Positions 1-12,912 of a stretch of DNA of 64,000 nt are shown in pieces. Both the position numbers and the translations under genes were made by a program. The notes beneath the pieces are model-generated. The model was given only the letters and a program-made list of their open reading frames with translations. It did not search any database and was not told the DNA's origin. How positions within the stretch are numbered: position 1 is the first letter of the stretch; each line of letters opens with the position of its first letter. The DNA comes from Rhynchobatus australiae (lineage: Eukaryota): contig JAUZTB010000107.1 of assembly GCA_034780895.1 (NCBI GenBank), forward strand, positions 78,322,090-78,386,089, in the 5' to 3' direction.

Positions 1-243
1 CCCTTTGGAACTTCAAATCATTACATTCCCCTTAACCTTCTCTACTTCAGTGGAAATGGTGCTGCCATCTCAAATCACTCCTCAGAATTATGATTTACTT
101 TCCTTGGCATCATCCTAGTTTAAACTTGTACTACATAGACTACCATATATAATCAGAGGTCTGTAATAATTCTGATAAGGCGATTTTCGTAAATCTAAAC
201 AAACCTATAAATGTTATTCATTTAAATCAGTATTCATTTTTAC

Positions 244-409
244 CTTTGACTTTAATACCAAGTTTCCGCAAGGCTTCTTCCACGCACTGGCTCTCTCTCT
301 TCCGCATGAAACCATTGTCAATGTGAAGAGCAATAACTTGATCTTGGTTCAGAGCCTTATTCAACAAGGCAGTGCACACAGTAGAATCTACACCTCCACT
401 CAGTAAAAC
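244..409 (-). CDS. GMPS: GMPS coding exon 7 (166 nt)
   Basis: [55 protein letters not shown]; acceptor ATAG, donor G|GTAAAA. Confidence 0.95.
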
Positions 410-3400
410 CTATGGATCAAGAGTTAAATATCTTGTGTGTGAACTCCAGTCTATTTGTTAAAGCAAATACTTGTAAGTAAATTACATTCATCATTATTCA
501 TAGATATTTCATGCTATTGATGAAGCCTACCAGAACTTTGGAATGTCCAACTTTCCTTTGAATTTCTCGTATACATTCTGCTTCTCTATTCTGGACTGTG
601 AAGGTTCCGCTGCAACCAGCTATGTCAAACAAGAAATTCTTCAAAATATCTTTGCCATGCTGTGTCAAGTCTACTTCTGGATGAAACTGAACACCATAGA
701 GCTTCTTGGACTCATTTGCTATTGCTATATAAAATACAAACAAAATTAACATTCAGATTATATAAATTTCTGTGAAATGTCAAATCAACAATCCATATCT
801 TTCTTTTATTAATTTCAAATAACCATCCTAAAATACATCCCTTCAAAAAACAAGGATACAGATTTAAGACATGGTAACCAAACTTGCACCTACCAGTGTC
901 TTTACACTTAAGCTACTTTAGTTAAATCAGTCTCTCACACACACCTCCTGAATGCCAATTCCAGAATTAAGCACCTGAAAACTGGAAAGCAAACTAATAG
1001 TCTTCTAAAATGGACTTTATCTTTTTTTGTTCTAATTGTATTCTTTCTTGTAAAAATTGAGTACAATTTATGTATCATTTATGATTTTCTTGAGAATGCT
1101 GCTTACATGATGACACTATGTGCCTGTGGTGCTGCCGCAAGTAAGTTTTTCATTACATCTGTGCAGACATGTACTTGTGCATNNNNNNNNNNNNNNNNNN
1201 NNNNNNNNNNNNNNNNNNNNNNNNNNNNNNNNNNNNNNNNNNNNNNNNNNNNNNNNNNNNNNNNNNNNNNNNNNNNNNNNNNNNNNNNNNNNNNNNNNNN
1301 NNNNNNNNNNNNNNNNNNNNNNNNNNNNNNNNNNNNNNNNNNNNNNNNNNNNNNNNNNNNNNNNNNNNNNNNNNNNNNNNNNNNNNNNNNNNNNNNNNNN
1401 NNNNNNNNNNNNNNNNNNNNNNNNNNNNNNNNNNNNNNNNNNNNNNNNNNNNNNNNNNNNNNNNNNNNNNNNNNNNNNNNNNNNNNNNNNNNNNNNNNNN
1501 NNNNNNNNNNNNNNNNNNNNNNNNNNNNNNNNNNNNNNNNNNNNNNNNNNNNNNNNNNNNNNNNNNNNNNNNNNNNNNNNNNNNNNNNNNNNNNNNNNNN
1601 NNNNNNNNNNNNNNNNNNNNNNNNNNNNNNNNNNNNNNNNNNNNNNNNNNNNNNNNNNNNNNNNNNNNNNNNNNNNNNNNNNNNNNNNNNNNNNNNNNNN
1701 NNNNNNNNNNNNNNNNNNNNNNNNNNNNNNNNNNNNNNNNNNNNNNNNNNNNNNNNNNNNNNNNNNNNNNNNNNNNNNNNNNNNNNNNNNNNNNNNNNNN
1801 NNNNNNNNNNNNNNNNNNNNNNNNNNNNNNNNNNNNNNNNNNNNNNNNNNNNNNNNNNNNNNNNNNNNNNNNNNNNNNNNNNNNNNNNNNNNNNNNNNNN
1901 NNNNNNNNNNNNNNNNNNNNNNNNNNNNNNNNNNNNNNNNNNNNNNNNNNNNNNNNNNNNNNNNNNNNNNNNNNNNNNNNNNNNNNNNNNNNNNNNNNNN
2001 NNNNNNNNNNNNNNNNNNNNNNNNNNNNNNNNNNNNNNNNNNNNNNNNNNNNNNNNNNNNNNNNNNNNNNNNNNNNNNNNNNNNNNNNNNNNNNNNNNNN
2101 NNNNNNNNNNNNNNNNNNNNNNNNNNNNNNNNNNNNNTTTTCTACCAGGTATCTATCAGAAGGCAGTTTTCTTCCTCCAAGTTAACTACCGGAGCTCCAA
2201 AATGCACTGTACTTATCATATTTCTTTATGGCTCTAAAAACTGATCCTGCAGCTCAGCAGAGAGAATTCAGTAACAATTAGGTACAACTAAATAAAAATC
2301 ATCACACACACAAAATAATCAGTGTGAAAGCAGTATAGTCTTAACAGCATACAAATTACCAAGAAGCCGTTCTAAAACAATATCTATTACACTGATAAAA
2401 AGGTACAAACACAGAGAACCTTGGATTTATAGACTGTTCATTTCTATTTTGATTCAAGTATACCTGCTGCAATATTTCCAGATTGTGCAACGACTTTGAA
2501 GCCTTCTGCCACCTTATCCACACTGTCACCATGAGTGAGTAACACAAGCTCGTCTTTCTGTAGACCTCTAATAAAAGCAAAAATCTAATAAGTGTACAAA
2601 AACTAAACAACATTGTTAATTTAGAACACAGAATAATTTAAGTTGCATTATGTCAAAACATTAACTACTTTAGACTGATAATCTTAATACAACTGCAAGC
2701 ATATCCTAATTAGAATAAGAGATCTCTACCTGAATAGTGAACAACTATTGTCCACATTGATTGTGAACACACCATCTTCCCTTATATTCTTTCTGTGCAC
2801 CGTACCCCCAAAAACTTTATTCATCATCTGCAAAATAAAAGCATTGTTATGCTTCAATTGTCTCCTACATAATACTAGAAATTCCAATACCGTCATATAG
2901 AAGACAAGCAGTAAGAATAAATAGATCACATCAGTAAAGGCCCCACTTCAATACACACATCAGTTTTAAATGACACCATTACAGAATCATGACAAAAGTC
3001 AATAGAGGAAAATACCATTTTGATATCAAATACATATTAACAAAGTGAATGTGCATAATACCTGCATGCCATAACAGATTCCAAGAACAGGTTTCCCAAT
3101 TGTAAATATTGCTGGATCAAACCAGGGTGCATCTTCTGCATAGACTGAACTTGGCCCCCCAGATATGATGATGGCTCTGCAAACATTTTTAAAACAGGAA
3201 TGCAATGTACATCAAGACATTTTAATAAAAGAAAGCTGGCAATGAAATTAATCAGCTTATTTCAAATAAAATTTAAAAACTTAGAGTNNNNNNNNNNNNN
3301 NNNNNNNNNNNNNNNNNNNNNNNNNNNNNNNNNNNNNNNNNNNNNNNNNNNNNNNNNNNNNNNNNNNNNNNNNNNNNNNNNNNNNNNAGAGTTTGTTTAC

Positions 3401-6400
3401 TTCCAGTTCTGTTAGAATAAAGGAATGAAACAGTCTGTGCACCAAAGAGAACAAGCAGAGTAAATTTTGATACAAAATAAAATTTATGCTTTAAAAAACA
3501 CAATTGGGAGAATTTGCTATACAAGAATAATTTAAAACTCCTCAAAAAATTGAGCTAATGCCCTTTATTTTTGTGTTCAGTACCCAAACCTCACAAACCA
3601 GATGGCATTATAAGTTAACATACCACACAGGGAAGTTTTCAATATCCCTTAAGTTGTGAAGTTATCTGGATGTACATGAAAATGCACAGAAATTATTTCA
3701 GCAACCTTCAGATTTACACTAAAAATTTTACTGGCCTGGATTTTATGATCAGCGGGAAGGCAACTGCATGTTGCTGACCTCAAATCTTTCCACAAAGATC
3801 TACTGAATTGTACTTTGAGATTTTGCCCAATGCCAGTTTAAAGAGATCTTTTGAACCCAGCAATAATGATATTATTAAGATGGCTGAGCAACCAATCACT
3901 GAACAACTGTCAGACAGAAACTAAGGAAAAAGCAATATTTTAAGCCTGCTGCAGTGTGTAAAGAATGGGATGCAGACAAAGGATAATACTAGTAACTGAG
4001 CTGTTAAGAACTTTAACAAAATGAAAATTTAAAAAACAATATTTTGAAAAATTTAATTGAATTTATCAAATTTATTTCTTTTTGGGTGGAGAGATTGCTA
4101 AGCATTGATTAGGTTCAAGAACGCCACTGATAACTCAAAGCTCATCCAATAAAGCACAACATTGCAAACAGTTCATAAATACAACAAGTTTATTAGTGCA
4201 CTGACTTCCTTTTTGTTTCTGGGAAGGAGACAATACAACACAGCCAAAGGAAAGTAGAATCACTGATGACAGCTTTTGGGCTTTGCATTACATTACAAGG
4301 AAACGTATACCTCAAATTTGCTGTTATTTTCAGTGTAATGCCAAATGCAAAATTCAGACCATTTAACTGATCAGAAAGTGTACATAACTGGTCTAAAGGA
4401 ACATGTCATACTAACAGACATCTCACATAACTGAGTTTAATACTAAATTAATTTTTATTTTGACTCCATTGTGTATTTGAACCATTGAAGCTTTGTAGTA
4501 TTTGAACAGCTTCAGTTTTTTAAAAAAAACAATCAACTTTAACTCAATGTCATTTGATCTCATTTATTAATAATGGACAATTGCCAAACCTAAATTTCCC
4601 TACAAAGGCAACTTTAGAAATACTGTAGGGTTTCCTCTGCCTCCTTCAAAAAAAACATTGTTTTAAAGAAGTTGAACATAACAGTCATAGGAGATGAAAT
4701 GCGCATATGGCAACAGCTGAGACATTAACACCAACTTTGAGAAGTGGGGAAAGAAAACCAAGTACGCAAATTCCTTGTTCTCTACTCTGCCATACCTCCT
4801 AGACACTGCTGACTTTCTCCCTCAAAACATAAAATATTTTCTCATCAAAATTCTTCTTCAAATTTGGATCAACAAAAGGTAAACACATTAAACTGTATAA
4901 AACTCTTAGAATATTGAAGGGAATACATCGCGAGATGCAGTTTCCCCTAACTGAAGAGCCTACAGCCAATTGTGCCAATGTGAGGGTTAAGGGTGAACCA
5001 TTTCACTCATGGGGTTGTAAATACCAACAACAGAGTTGATAATATTCAGTCGCTAGTTATGTTCAAGAATGAGATTTTTGAACACCAAGGAAAATTGAGA
5101 TTAGAAACAGAGTAAGAAAGCATTGATGTAGAAGCAAACTTTCACATCTTTCTTAGTAAGGATAAATTTATACTATTGAATATGTTAATTAACCAGAAAA
5201 AAAGTTGGAACAAAAGTACACATGGCTCTACTTAAACTGCACCAAAAGCCAATTCTTACCGAAAACCATTTTCTTTGATTGCAAAAGCAGGCGTCTCTAA
5301 CGGCAAGATTTCTGACTGCACAAAATGTTCTCTCACACGCCGGTCGATTACTTTTCCGTACTGCGCTCCTGCATCAAGAATCACTAAAGCACCTTCATAT
5401 TGATGTCTAGCATCCTTGATGTCACCTCCAGAACTCTCCTGTTTAGAAGGGAAACAGCTTATCAGAAACTATTTCACAATATAAAAGCGCTCCTGGAAAA
5501 GATTGCAACACCTGTCATTTTACTCTCATAAGTAATAAATTTGGCAAAAAAAATACCAAGGGACTCCAAAATCAAAGTTCTTTTTGTACAGGTATAGAGT
5601 AATGATTTAACTCCTGATCCAACTCATACCAACAGACTGGAGTCAAGACGAGGTTGTTTAAAAGCCTAGAATTGGTTGATCTTTCAACAGTTTGTTATAA
5701 ATACTTAGTTCAAAAACATTACCATATGGTTATCAGTGAGGAAAGCTTTAAACTGCAGGAGGTTAAAGATGGTCTGGTCATTGGACAGTAAAGCAGCAAA
5801 TGGAATTTGATCCAACAGGGTGCAAGTAGAAACATGGGGAGTAGCAACATGGCAGAATTGTCAAATGGCATGGAAGAACAAAAAGACCGTGTACTTAACA
5901 GGTATACATGAACATGTCAACATATGAATTAGGAGTAGATAACTCAGCCCCTCAAGTCTGCCCCACCATTTAATAAGATCACGGCTGTCTAGCTGCAACT
6001 TGAACTCCACATTCCTAGTTACCTATGGTAGCAGAATACATCAGTAAAGCATATAGAATGTTTTCTTTTTATTTACAAGCATAGAATAAGAGCAAGGAGC
6101 TTAAAAGATTGTATAAAGTTCTGGTTCCAGTACAGAAAAGATGTAATTCCAATGGAGGGGTTTTACAGTAGATTTACCAGTACTTTGCCAGGTCCTGAAA
6201 ACTGTACACATGAGGAAAGATTGGGTTGTTTTTTTGTTTTTTTTGGAACAGACATGCCATGAGTAGACTTAATGGAAGCACATTGAATTATGAGGACCCG
6301 AGACAATCAACAAGGACCTAGTTTCCTTCCAAAAATTAGATTTAAGGTAACTGGTAAAGAATTAGGTGGGAAAACAGGAACATTGAAAAGATACTTGTAT

Positions 6401-9400
6401 GTGTGATTGAAGTACGTGATGCTATATTCATAGTGCTGAAAGGTGGGATTAGGTTTTAACAACCAGCCTGNNNNNNNNNNNNNNNNNNNNNNNNNNNNNN
6501 NNNNNNNNNNNNNNNNNNNNNNNNNNNNNNNNNNNNNNNNNNNNNNNNNNNNNNNNNNNNNNNNNNNNNNCCAGCCTGACCCATGTCATAGATTTTCCTT
6601 GTTTCAGAAGCAATCTCTGTATCTTTTTTAGGGATAAAGTTAATGCCTACTCAAAGCTCACCTCAAATCTTATGAATATAATTTCACCAAATGTTTCAGC
6701 ACAGCTTTGTGGGCCCAAGGACCTGAATTGTGCCGTAATTTTTCCATGTTTCTAAATGTTCTGGAACCAAATCTACCCAACACATAATACTTCTCTTCCT
6801 CTACTGTGCAAGGATCCAGAAGCAACAATACAGATTCTGGCCAGTGACAGAAAATTATGAATGCAAGATTCAGTGACAAATAGAAATTTTCAAAAACAAC
6901 TTGAACTAAGTTATAAACTCATGTCCCAATCAAAACTATCAATGCAAAACCATATTCTCAACTTTGTCATCAACACAAATTTGGCTCAAGAGTTAACCTT
7001 TTAAAATTAATTGCACATTTTAGTGACTACCACATTAAATTAAAGCAAAATTAGCCCTTGGCCCTTTGAACACATTCACTATTCAATGTGACAGTTTATC
7101 TTTACATTAAGTTCACTCTCTCTCCCAATTCCTTTAGAGTCCAAGATCTACTGATTTCAACCTTTGAGTATATTCAGTGAATGAGTATCCTCAGACCTCT
7201 GCATGCAAGACTAGTATTACAGTTTAAGTTCCATCCTCCAAACCAGTCACTTACATTTACATCACAATCCCCATCAACCAAAACTAACTTGTAAAAGTTA
7301 ATGCAGCTTAAATTTAATAATTTACATCAATTTATGGTAAATACTACTTTGGAGCATAAGAGACTCATCACTGAAGAATCAACACTCTTCAAATCTCCTA
7401 GATAGTTAGTTCAATCCTCTTTTGGAAAAGCATATTACCAATTGTGATAGATCACTGTCACACTGAGGGAATCATTTTTCATTGAGGGCATTCGTCAAAA
7501 CCTTTGGCTGCAGATAACTGTTTCAAAAGTTTAAGCTGATGGAAATATTCCACATCATTCTGTGGATAAAAAAGGGAACTCCCAGTGCCCCTAATATTTC
7601 TCCTTCAACCATCAGCACTGAGGACATGCAAATTGATTCCAGAATTTATCCAATGATAAATTACTTCCTGTAGTGCAATCAATTATCATATGAAAAGCTT
7701 CAGAATGTCCAGAAAACTGGTATGGTGTGATGTGACCAATTAAAAGTATTTCACTTCTTAACCTCAATACACAAAACAATAACACTTTCGCTTCAAAAAG
7801 GCTACCTGCCCACATTAAGAAATAAAACAAGATCAAGCACAATTATAAAGATACAAACATACACTAATGTTGGTAAGTGGGATAACAATCCACAAACCAA
7901 AGTTCAAACCCCACACACAGCTGTGGAACATAAATTTAGTTAATAATCTGAAATTTAGGAGAAAAGTATAACCATTAAAAACTACTGGACTGTCATAAAA
8001 TTCATTACTTTCCTTCATGGACAAAATCTACCATCCTTACCCAATCTGGCTTATATGCATTTCCTGACCTGCCAAATTGGTTAACCCTCAAATGCCTTCT
8101 GAAATGGACTAACATGCCACTCAGTCCAACAGTAGTTAAGGATGGGCAAAATTCCTGCCCTTGCCAGTGTCTGGTTCTCTAAGGTGGCATAGAGAGGACC
8201 AATCCTAATCTTGTGTAAAAATTAAGCATATGAATGTCTTTTCCTTTAATAACCAGTTCCTCTTTATAGGTACAGAATTGTTATTATATTATTCCCCAGA
8301 AAAATAGCTTACAGGACCTCATGTGACCATGACCAGAACTTGGCTTCATCTGTCAAAATACTTAAGCTTTCTTGATTATGACAAAATCACCATCAACTGA
8401 GAGCAATTGTAAAAACAAATTAAAATGCTTTCACAGTAACATGCACAGCGTGCAAAACAAATAGAGAAACAGGAGACAATAAATTGCTTCAATTGCAGCA
8501 GTTAAAGAATGAAATATACATTACATTTAGAAAAGCCCACATTAACACAAAATATAATGAAGAATATTAAGGGTGTTATTTTATGAGCTACTTATGAAAA
8601 AACAGCTGGAAGAAACCTATGCAACAATAAATCAATTTGTAAAGATCAATAAAGATGAAACTCAGAGGGACAGATATTCAATTCACTCAAAGTAACAATG
8701 CTAAAGAATAAAAGAAGTCAACCAATGGGATTCATTTCCATAGGAATGAACATTATAACCACATTTTATGTTAAACCCATATAAAATTCTGACCAGACCA
8801 GTATTACTATGCATAATTCTGGACTCCATAAAAGACAAAAGGATATGGAGAAAGAAAATGCACTGGAGAAGGCAAAGTCAAAAAAATTCACTAATGCTAG
8901 AATTGAGCAATCACACTTTTTAAATCAAAGTGAATTCAAGAAAAAATATATCCAAAGTAGTGAGAACATGGAGTGCACTCCTGGAAGTAGTAGTGAGAAA
9001 ATCATATTTTTTTTAAGGTAGACAAGCACAATGAGAAAGAAATAGGATATACATTAGGTTATTTGAAAAGGAGGGAAGAAGCTCATGTGAAGCAGGAATG
9101 CCTGATCTGCTGCCGAGACTTAGAGATTCTACGGCATGAGAACACAAGTGACAGCAAAGCTCTTGAAATAGACTAAAGAATCCTTGCTGAAGTATGTAAG
9201 AAATATAGGTAAAATTTAAGTCAATATCTTAATCAAAAAGGACTTTTAAAAGAAAGATTCTAAATCTATAAAATTAAATGCTGAGTCGTTGGAGGCCACT
9301 TGACAGTAGTTATGATTTATCACATCACGAAAGTATTTGTACTTAAATACAAGAGCCCTCACTTTTCCTGATATGCTTTGTGGCAAATACTGCAATTTCA

Positions 9401-11050
9401 CACTAAAGTATCACAGTTTCACTCCCCAGCCTATTATTGCAGTCTGTAAAAAAAAACAGGGTAATACAGATAATAACTTCTGGATTTCCTTATTTAGTTG
9501 CTGTCTGATTTACTCCAAGCATTGCTACCTTCACCCCTTCATCAATACAAATAACGGGTCGATAATGTACCAAATTTTGTTTTCATGAACTCTGCAAAAG
9601 TTTATTCAAAAACTAAAGCACTTAATGTTGGTGACAGGAATGTTTTGTTTTGAACATTAAAGATAGATGAAGATAATCAATTAGCTCAATAGTTCAAATG
9701 TACAGAAATAACTTGCAGATTCTCCTTGTATTGCTTGTGAATGCATGATTTCTGCCACATGTACCAGCCAAGTCTATTCAAAATAACTATGGTGAATCCA
9801 CTGATACTGATTCTACATGTTTGTCAATTGAGAATCTGTTAATGTTGTACATAGTCGACTGCAATAATACCCCTACCTACTTTCTTCCTTCAATAGCTGA
9901 AAATCTCATTTTCACCAGTTTTCCTCAGAAATCTATCTTGGTTTAGGTTTAACCTTTGGACTTTTTTCTGCACCACTTCTCTTGAATCCTGATGGGCGAC
10001 ACAATGGCACAGCAGCAAGTACAATCGCCGCACAGCTCTAGCAGTCTGAGTTTGGCACTGATCAAACGTGCTGTCCGTGTGGAGTTTGTACGTCCTCCTA
10101 GTGACCACGTGAGAAACAGGCAGGCAGAGAGAGAGAGAGAGAGAGAGAGACACACACACAAACAGGCAGACATACAGATGTGGGCGAATAGTATTGATGA
10201 GAATTCTGAGAACTGGCGTGGGTTCAATTGGCCAAATGGCCTAAGATGCAAATACCGTGGAGTTGCAAGAAATAAAATTAACCTAAACGGTGAAAATTTA
10301 CAGCAAACTTATTCGACGAGGAGTCCACATACAACAACAAAACCTTCAATTTTATTTTAAACATATAGTATCTATTGATATCCAGGCTGAATGTTTTTTT
10401 TACAAGACCAATATATACAACCAAAGAAAAACTTTAAAATCTACAGGTCAGCCTGCTGGCTCTTTCGAAACGTGCCCGATTACAAAATTAAGTACTATTC
10501 ATTTCACTCTCCCAGGGCCCGCACTTTATCATTGCGATAACGGTCAATCGCCAGAGCAACGGTCATCATGTAACCTCTGATTAACAAAGATCAGGCACGA
10601 ACACTCCGACAGAAGTCTCCTGCAGCTCGACACCCTCTGCGCCCCCCAACCAAAGAAAAGTACGGCTCCACTTCACAAGGAGTTCAAGCGCAATGCTGAG
10701 AACATAAACTTCACAGGTCCCGGCAGATCAGCGCATTCCCTCCCTGACCCCAGGCTCATGGCACCCGACTGTACAGCACAAGAAGTTACACCACCAGAGT
10801 TAAACTACACCAAGCAATGAAGGACACTCGTCCCTGCGGCCTCCGGCACGACGCTCTTCAGCTCAGGCCAACGAAGTGAACACAACCTTTTGAGTGAGGC
10901 GCCCGGACCTCCAGGCCGCAGCCTCGGCTCCTCATGGAGCAAGCAGTACTTGAGGGCTGGACGGCACCTCATCGGCCCAGCTCTCGGCCGGCGAGCGGGG
11001 GGGGGGAACCTGGCCAGACTGACCTTGGAGTCGCCGTTGCACAGCGCCAT
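244..11050 (-). CDS. GMPS: GMP synthase [glutamine-hydrolyzing], 5' part of gene (coding exons 1-7: 11024-11050, 5260-5438, 3062-3176, 2730-2827, 2464-2567, 531-724, 244-409); continues beyond window start
   Basis: Spliced translation [46 protein letters not shown].../[12 protein letters not shown]...GICYGMQ/.../HGDSV.../FHPEV.../[11 protein letters not shown] matches vertebrate GMPS. The class I glutamine amidotransferase Cys-His-Glu triad and the ATPPase P-loop SGGVDS are present. All introns are GT-AG with matching phases. Confidence 0.97.
531..724 (-). CDS. GMPS: GMPS coding exon 6 (194 nt)
   Basis: [20 protein letters not shown]...HSKVL containing the catalytic His-Glu (FHPE); TAG acceptor, GTAGGC donor. 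Confidence 0.95.
1010..1182 (+). mobile_element. Rex1/Babar-like LINE 3' UTR fragment
   Basis: Tail sequence (...GCTGCCGCAAGTAAGTTTTTCATT...) related to the reverse complement of the Rex1-type tail at 60655-60895; runs into an N gap. Confidence 0.5.
2464..2567 (-). CDS. GMPS: GMPS coding exon 5 (104 nt)
   Basis: [34 protein letters not shown]; TAG acceptor, GTATAC donor. Confidence 0.95.
2730..2827 (-). CDS. GMPS: GMPS coding exon 4 (98 nt)
   Basis: [33 protein letters not shown]; CAG acceptor, GTAGAG donor. Confidence 0.95.
3062..3176 (-). CDS. GMPS: GMPS coding exon 3 (115 nt)
   Basis: [38 protein letters not shown] with the catalytic Cys; CAG acceptor, GTATTA donor. Confidence 0.96.
5260..5438 (-). 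CDS. GMPS: GMPS coding exon 2 (179 nt)
   Basis: [60 protein letters not shown]; CAG acceptor, GTAAGA donor. Confidence 0.95.
5700..6450 (+). mobile_element. Degraded CR1-type LINE fragments (with a small opposite-strand piece at about 5915-6030)
   Basis: Decayed CR1 ORF2 C-terminal region motifs similar to the better preserved copies at 28240-29325 and 56685-57055. Confidence 0.5.
6699..6757 (+). repeat. Short dispersed repeat (CR1-type 3' tail); second copy at 47332-47390
   Basis: GCACAGCTTTGTGGGCC(C/G)AAGGACCTGAATTGTGCC...TTTTCC..TGTTT shared between the two loci. Confidence 0.7.
9993..10112 (+). mobile_element. Truncated tRNA-derived SINE head (V-SINE/HE1-like)
   Basis: GGGCGACACAATGGCACAGCAG...TGCTGTCCGTGTGGAGTTTGTACGT, homologous to the SINE at 11449-11885. 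Confidence 0.6.
10127..10160 (+). repeat. Compound microsatellite (GA)12(CA)5
   Basis: Read directly from the sequence. Confidence 0.95.
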
Positions 11051-11290
11051 CGATGTCGCTCCGAGTCGGGCAGCAGCTCCCTCCACACCAGCTGCAGCTT
11101 TCGCGCCGACAATGCGAGACTGGCCCACACTCCACCGCGCGTCCCCGGCTCCGCCCCGCCCTCAGCCCCGCCGCTGGAGGCGCCGGCACGCTGGGTGGCA
11201 TTTGCTCCCGCGAGTCAACAACCCTGCAATTCCCACACCCCGAGTGGTTGCTCGCAATTCCCACACCATCAGTGGTTGCCAACAACTCGT
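10830..11290 (-). promoter_or_regulatory. GMPS CpG-island promoter/first exon with GC boxes
   Basis: Sharp rise in GC and CpG content around the GMPS ATG; clustered CCGCCC boxes near 11150-11175. Confidence 0.85.
11024..11050 (-). CDS. GMPS: GMPS coding exon 1 (27 nt, MALCNGDSK)
   Basis: ATG GCG CTG TGC AAC GGC GAC TCC AAG|GTCAGT inside a CpG island; same N-terminal peptide as mammalian GMPS. Confidence 0.95.
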
Positions 11291-11448
11291 ATTTTCTGCA
11301 TCAGATGTCCAGTTTACCTTGCTTAAGTTCAACACAACGTCAGATTCGACTTGAACAAAGAATGGGTCACAATTCACATAAAGGGTGCAACGTTACATCG
11401 TACACTCTTAATTCCATGAAATTATGATGCGACTGATTTACACAATTA

Positions 11449-11885
11449 GATAAGATGTCTTTATTAGTCACATGTACATCGAAACACAGTGAAATACATC
11501 TTTTGCGCTGAGTGNNNNNNNNNNNNNNNNNNNNNNNNNNNNNNNNNNNNNNNNNNNNNNNNNNNNNNNNNNNNNNNNNNNNNNNNNNNNNNNNNNNNNN
11601 NNNNNNNNNNNNNNTGTACATCGAAACACAGTGAAATACATCTTTTGCGCTGAGTGTTCTGGGGGCAGCCCACAAGTGTCACCACCCTTCCAGCGCCAAC
11701 ATAGCATGCCCACAACTTCCTAACCCGTACGTGTATGGAATATGGGATGAAAACGGAGCACCCGGAGGAAACCCACGCAGACACAGGGGGAACGTACAAA
11801 CTCCTTACAGACAGCAGCGAGAACTGAACCCAGGTCACTGGCACTGTAATAGTGTTAAGCTTACCACTACACTACCATGCCTGCC
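11449..11885 (-). mobile_element. tRNA-derived SINE (V-SINE-like core, Rex1-like 3' tail)
   Basis: Minus strand: GGCAGGCATGGTAGTGTAGTGG (A box), GGGTTCAGTTC (B-box-like), then GGGTTTCCTCCGGGTGCTCCG core. The same tail recurs at 63470-63526. Confidence 0.8.
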
Positions 11886-12049
11886 ATTATATTTTACAAG
11901 CCATGAACTACTGAGGTATTTTGCAACTGCCCAGTGAATCCTTTGCGGGAAAATTTGTATAGCTAATTATCAGAGCTTAGCCCCTCAATTAAGATCATTG
12001 ACTATGCTCATTATGAAAAAAGTTATTTTCACATAGATCATTTCACGCA

Positions 12050-12912
12050 ATCTAATCAGAATCAGGTTTATTATCACCAACTTGTATGTTGTGAAATGTG
12101 TTGCCTTGTGGCAGCTATACAATGCAAAGACTTAAAATTACTATAAATTACAAAATAAATAGTGCAAAAGAAAAGGAATAACTAAGCACTGTTCATGGGT
12201 TTGTGGACCGTTCAGAAATCTGATGGCAGAGGGGAAGACGCTGTTCCTAAATCATTGAGTTTGGGTCTTCAGGCTCCTGTACCTCCTCCCCAATGGTAGT
12301 AATGAGAAGAGGACATGTCCTGAACAGTGAGGGTCCTTCGTGATGGATGCCACTTTCTTGAGGCACCACCTCTTGAAGATGTCCTTGATGATGGGGAGAG
12401 TTGTGTCCCTAATGGAGCTGGCTGAATCTACGACCCTCTGCAGCCTCTTGCAATCCTGTGTATTGGATCTTCCATACCAGGCTATGATGCAACCAGTCAA
12501 AATGCTCTCCACTATACATTTATAGAAATTTGCAAGAGTCTTTGGGTGACCGACCAAATCTTCTCAAACTCCTAATGAAGCAGAGCCACTGGCATGCTTT
12601 CTTCATGACTGCATCAATGTGTTGGGCCCAGGATATTTCCTCTGAGATGTTGACGCCCAGGAACATAAAGCTGCTCACCCTTTCCTCCGCTGACCCCTCA
12701 ATGAGGATTGGTGTGTGTTCTCCCAACTTCCCCTTCCGGAAGTCCAGAATCAATTCCTTAGTTTTGCTGACATTGAGTATGAGGCTGTTGTTGCAACACC
12801 ACTCAACCAGCTGATCTTTCTCACTCCTGTGCGCCTCCTTGTTGCCATCTAAGATTCTGCCAACAACAGCAGTGTCATTGGCAAATTTATAGATGGTGTT
12901 TGAGCTGTGCAA
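12050..12912 (-). mobile_element. Rex1/Babar non-LTR retrotransposon, 5'-truncated and frameshifted
   Basis: ORF fragments SNTIYKFANDTAVVGRI...WCCNNSLILNVSKTKELILDFRK and LANFYKCIVESILTGCIIAWYG...HVLFSLLPLGRRYRSLK, typical of the Rex1 RT C-terminus. Confidence 0.9.

Noticed and set aside
1107-2244. Long ORFs of 200-376 aa in the track (also 13949-15080, 30081-30425, 59980-60748)
   Set aside because: They consist almost entirely of X residues from N gaps
11226-11279. Direct repeats considered as a CRISPR-like array
   Set aside because: Only two units with a 2-nt spacer, in a vertebrate promoter; no cas genes
10805-11427. Several overlapping ORFs of 100-150 aa on both strands
   Set aside because: A by-product of the stop-poor, GC-rich GMPS CpG island; only the 27-nt MALCNGDSK exon has homology support
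11790-11885. tRNA-like A/B boxes as a tRNA gene
   Set aside because: They continue into a SINE body and tail; no complete cloverleaf
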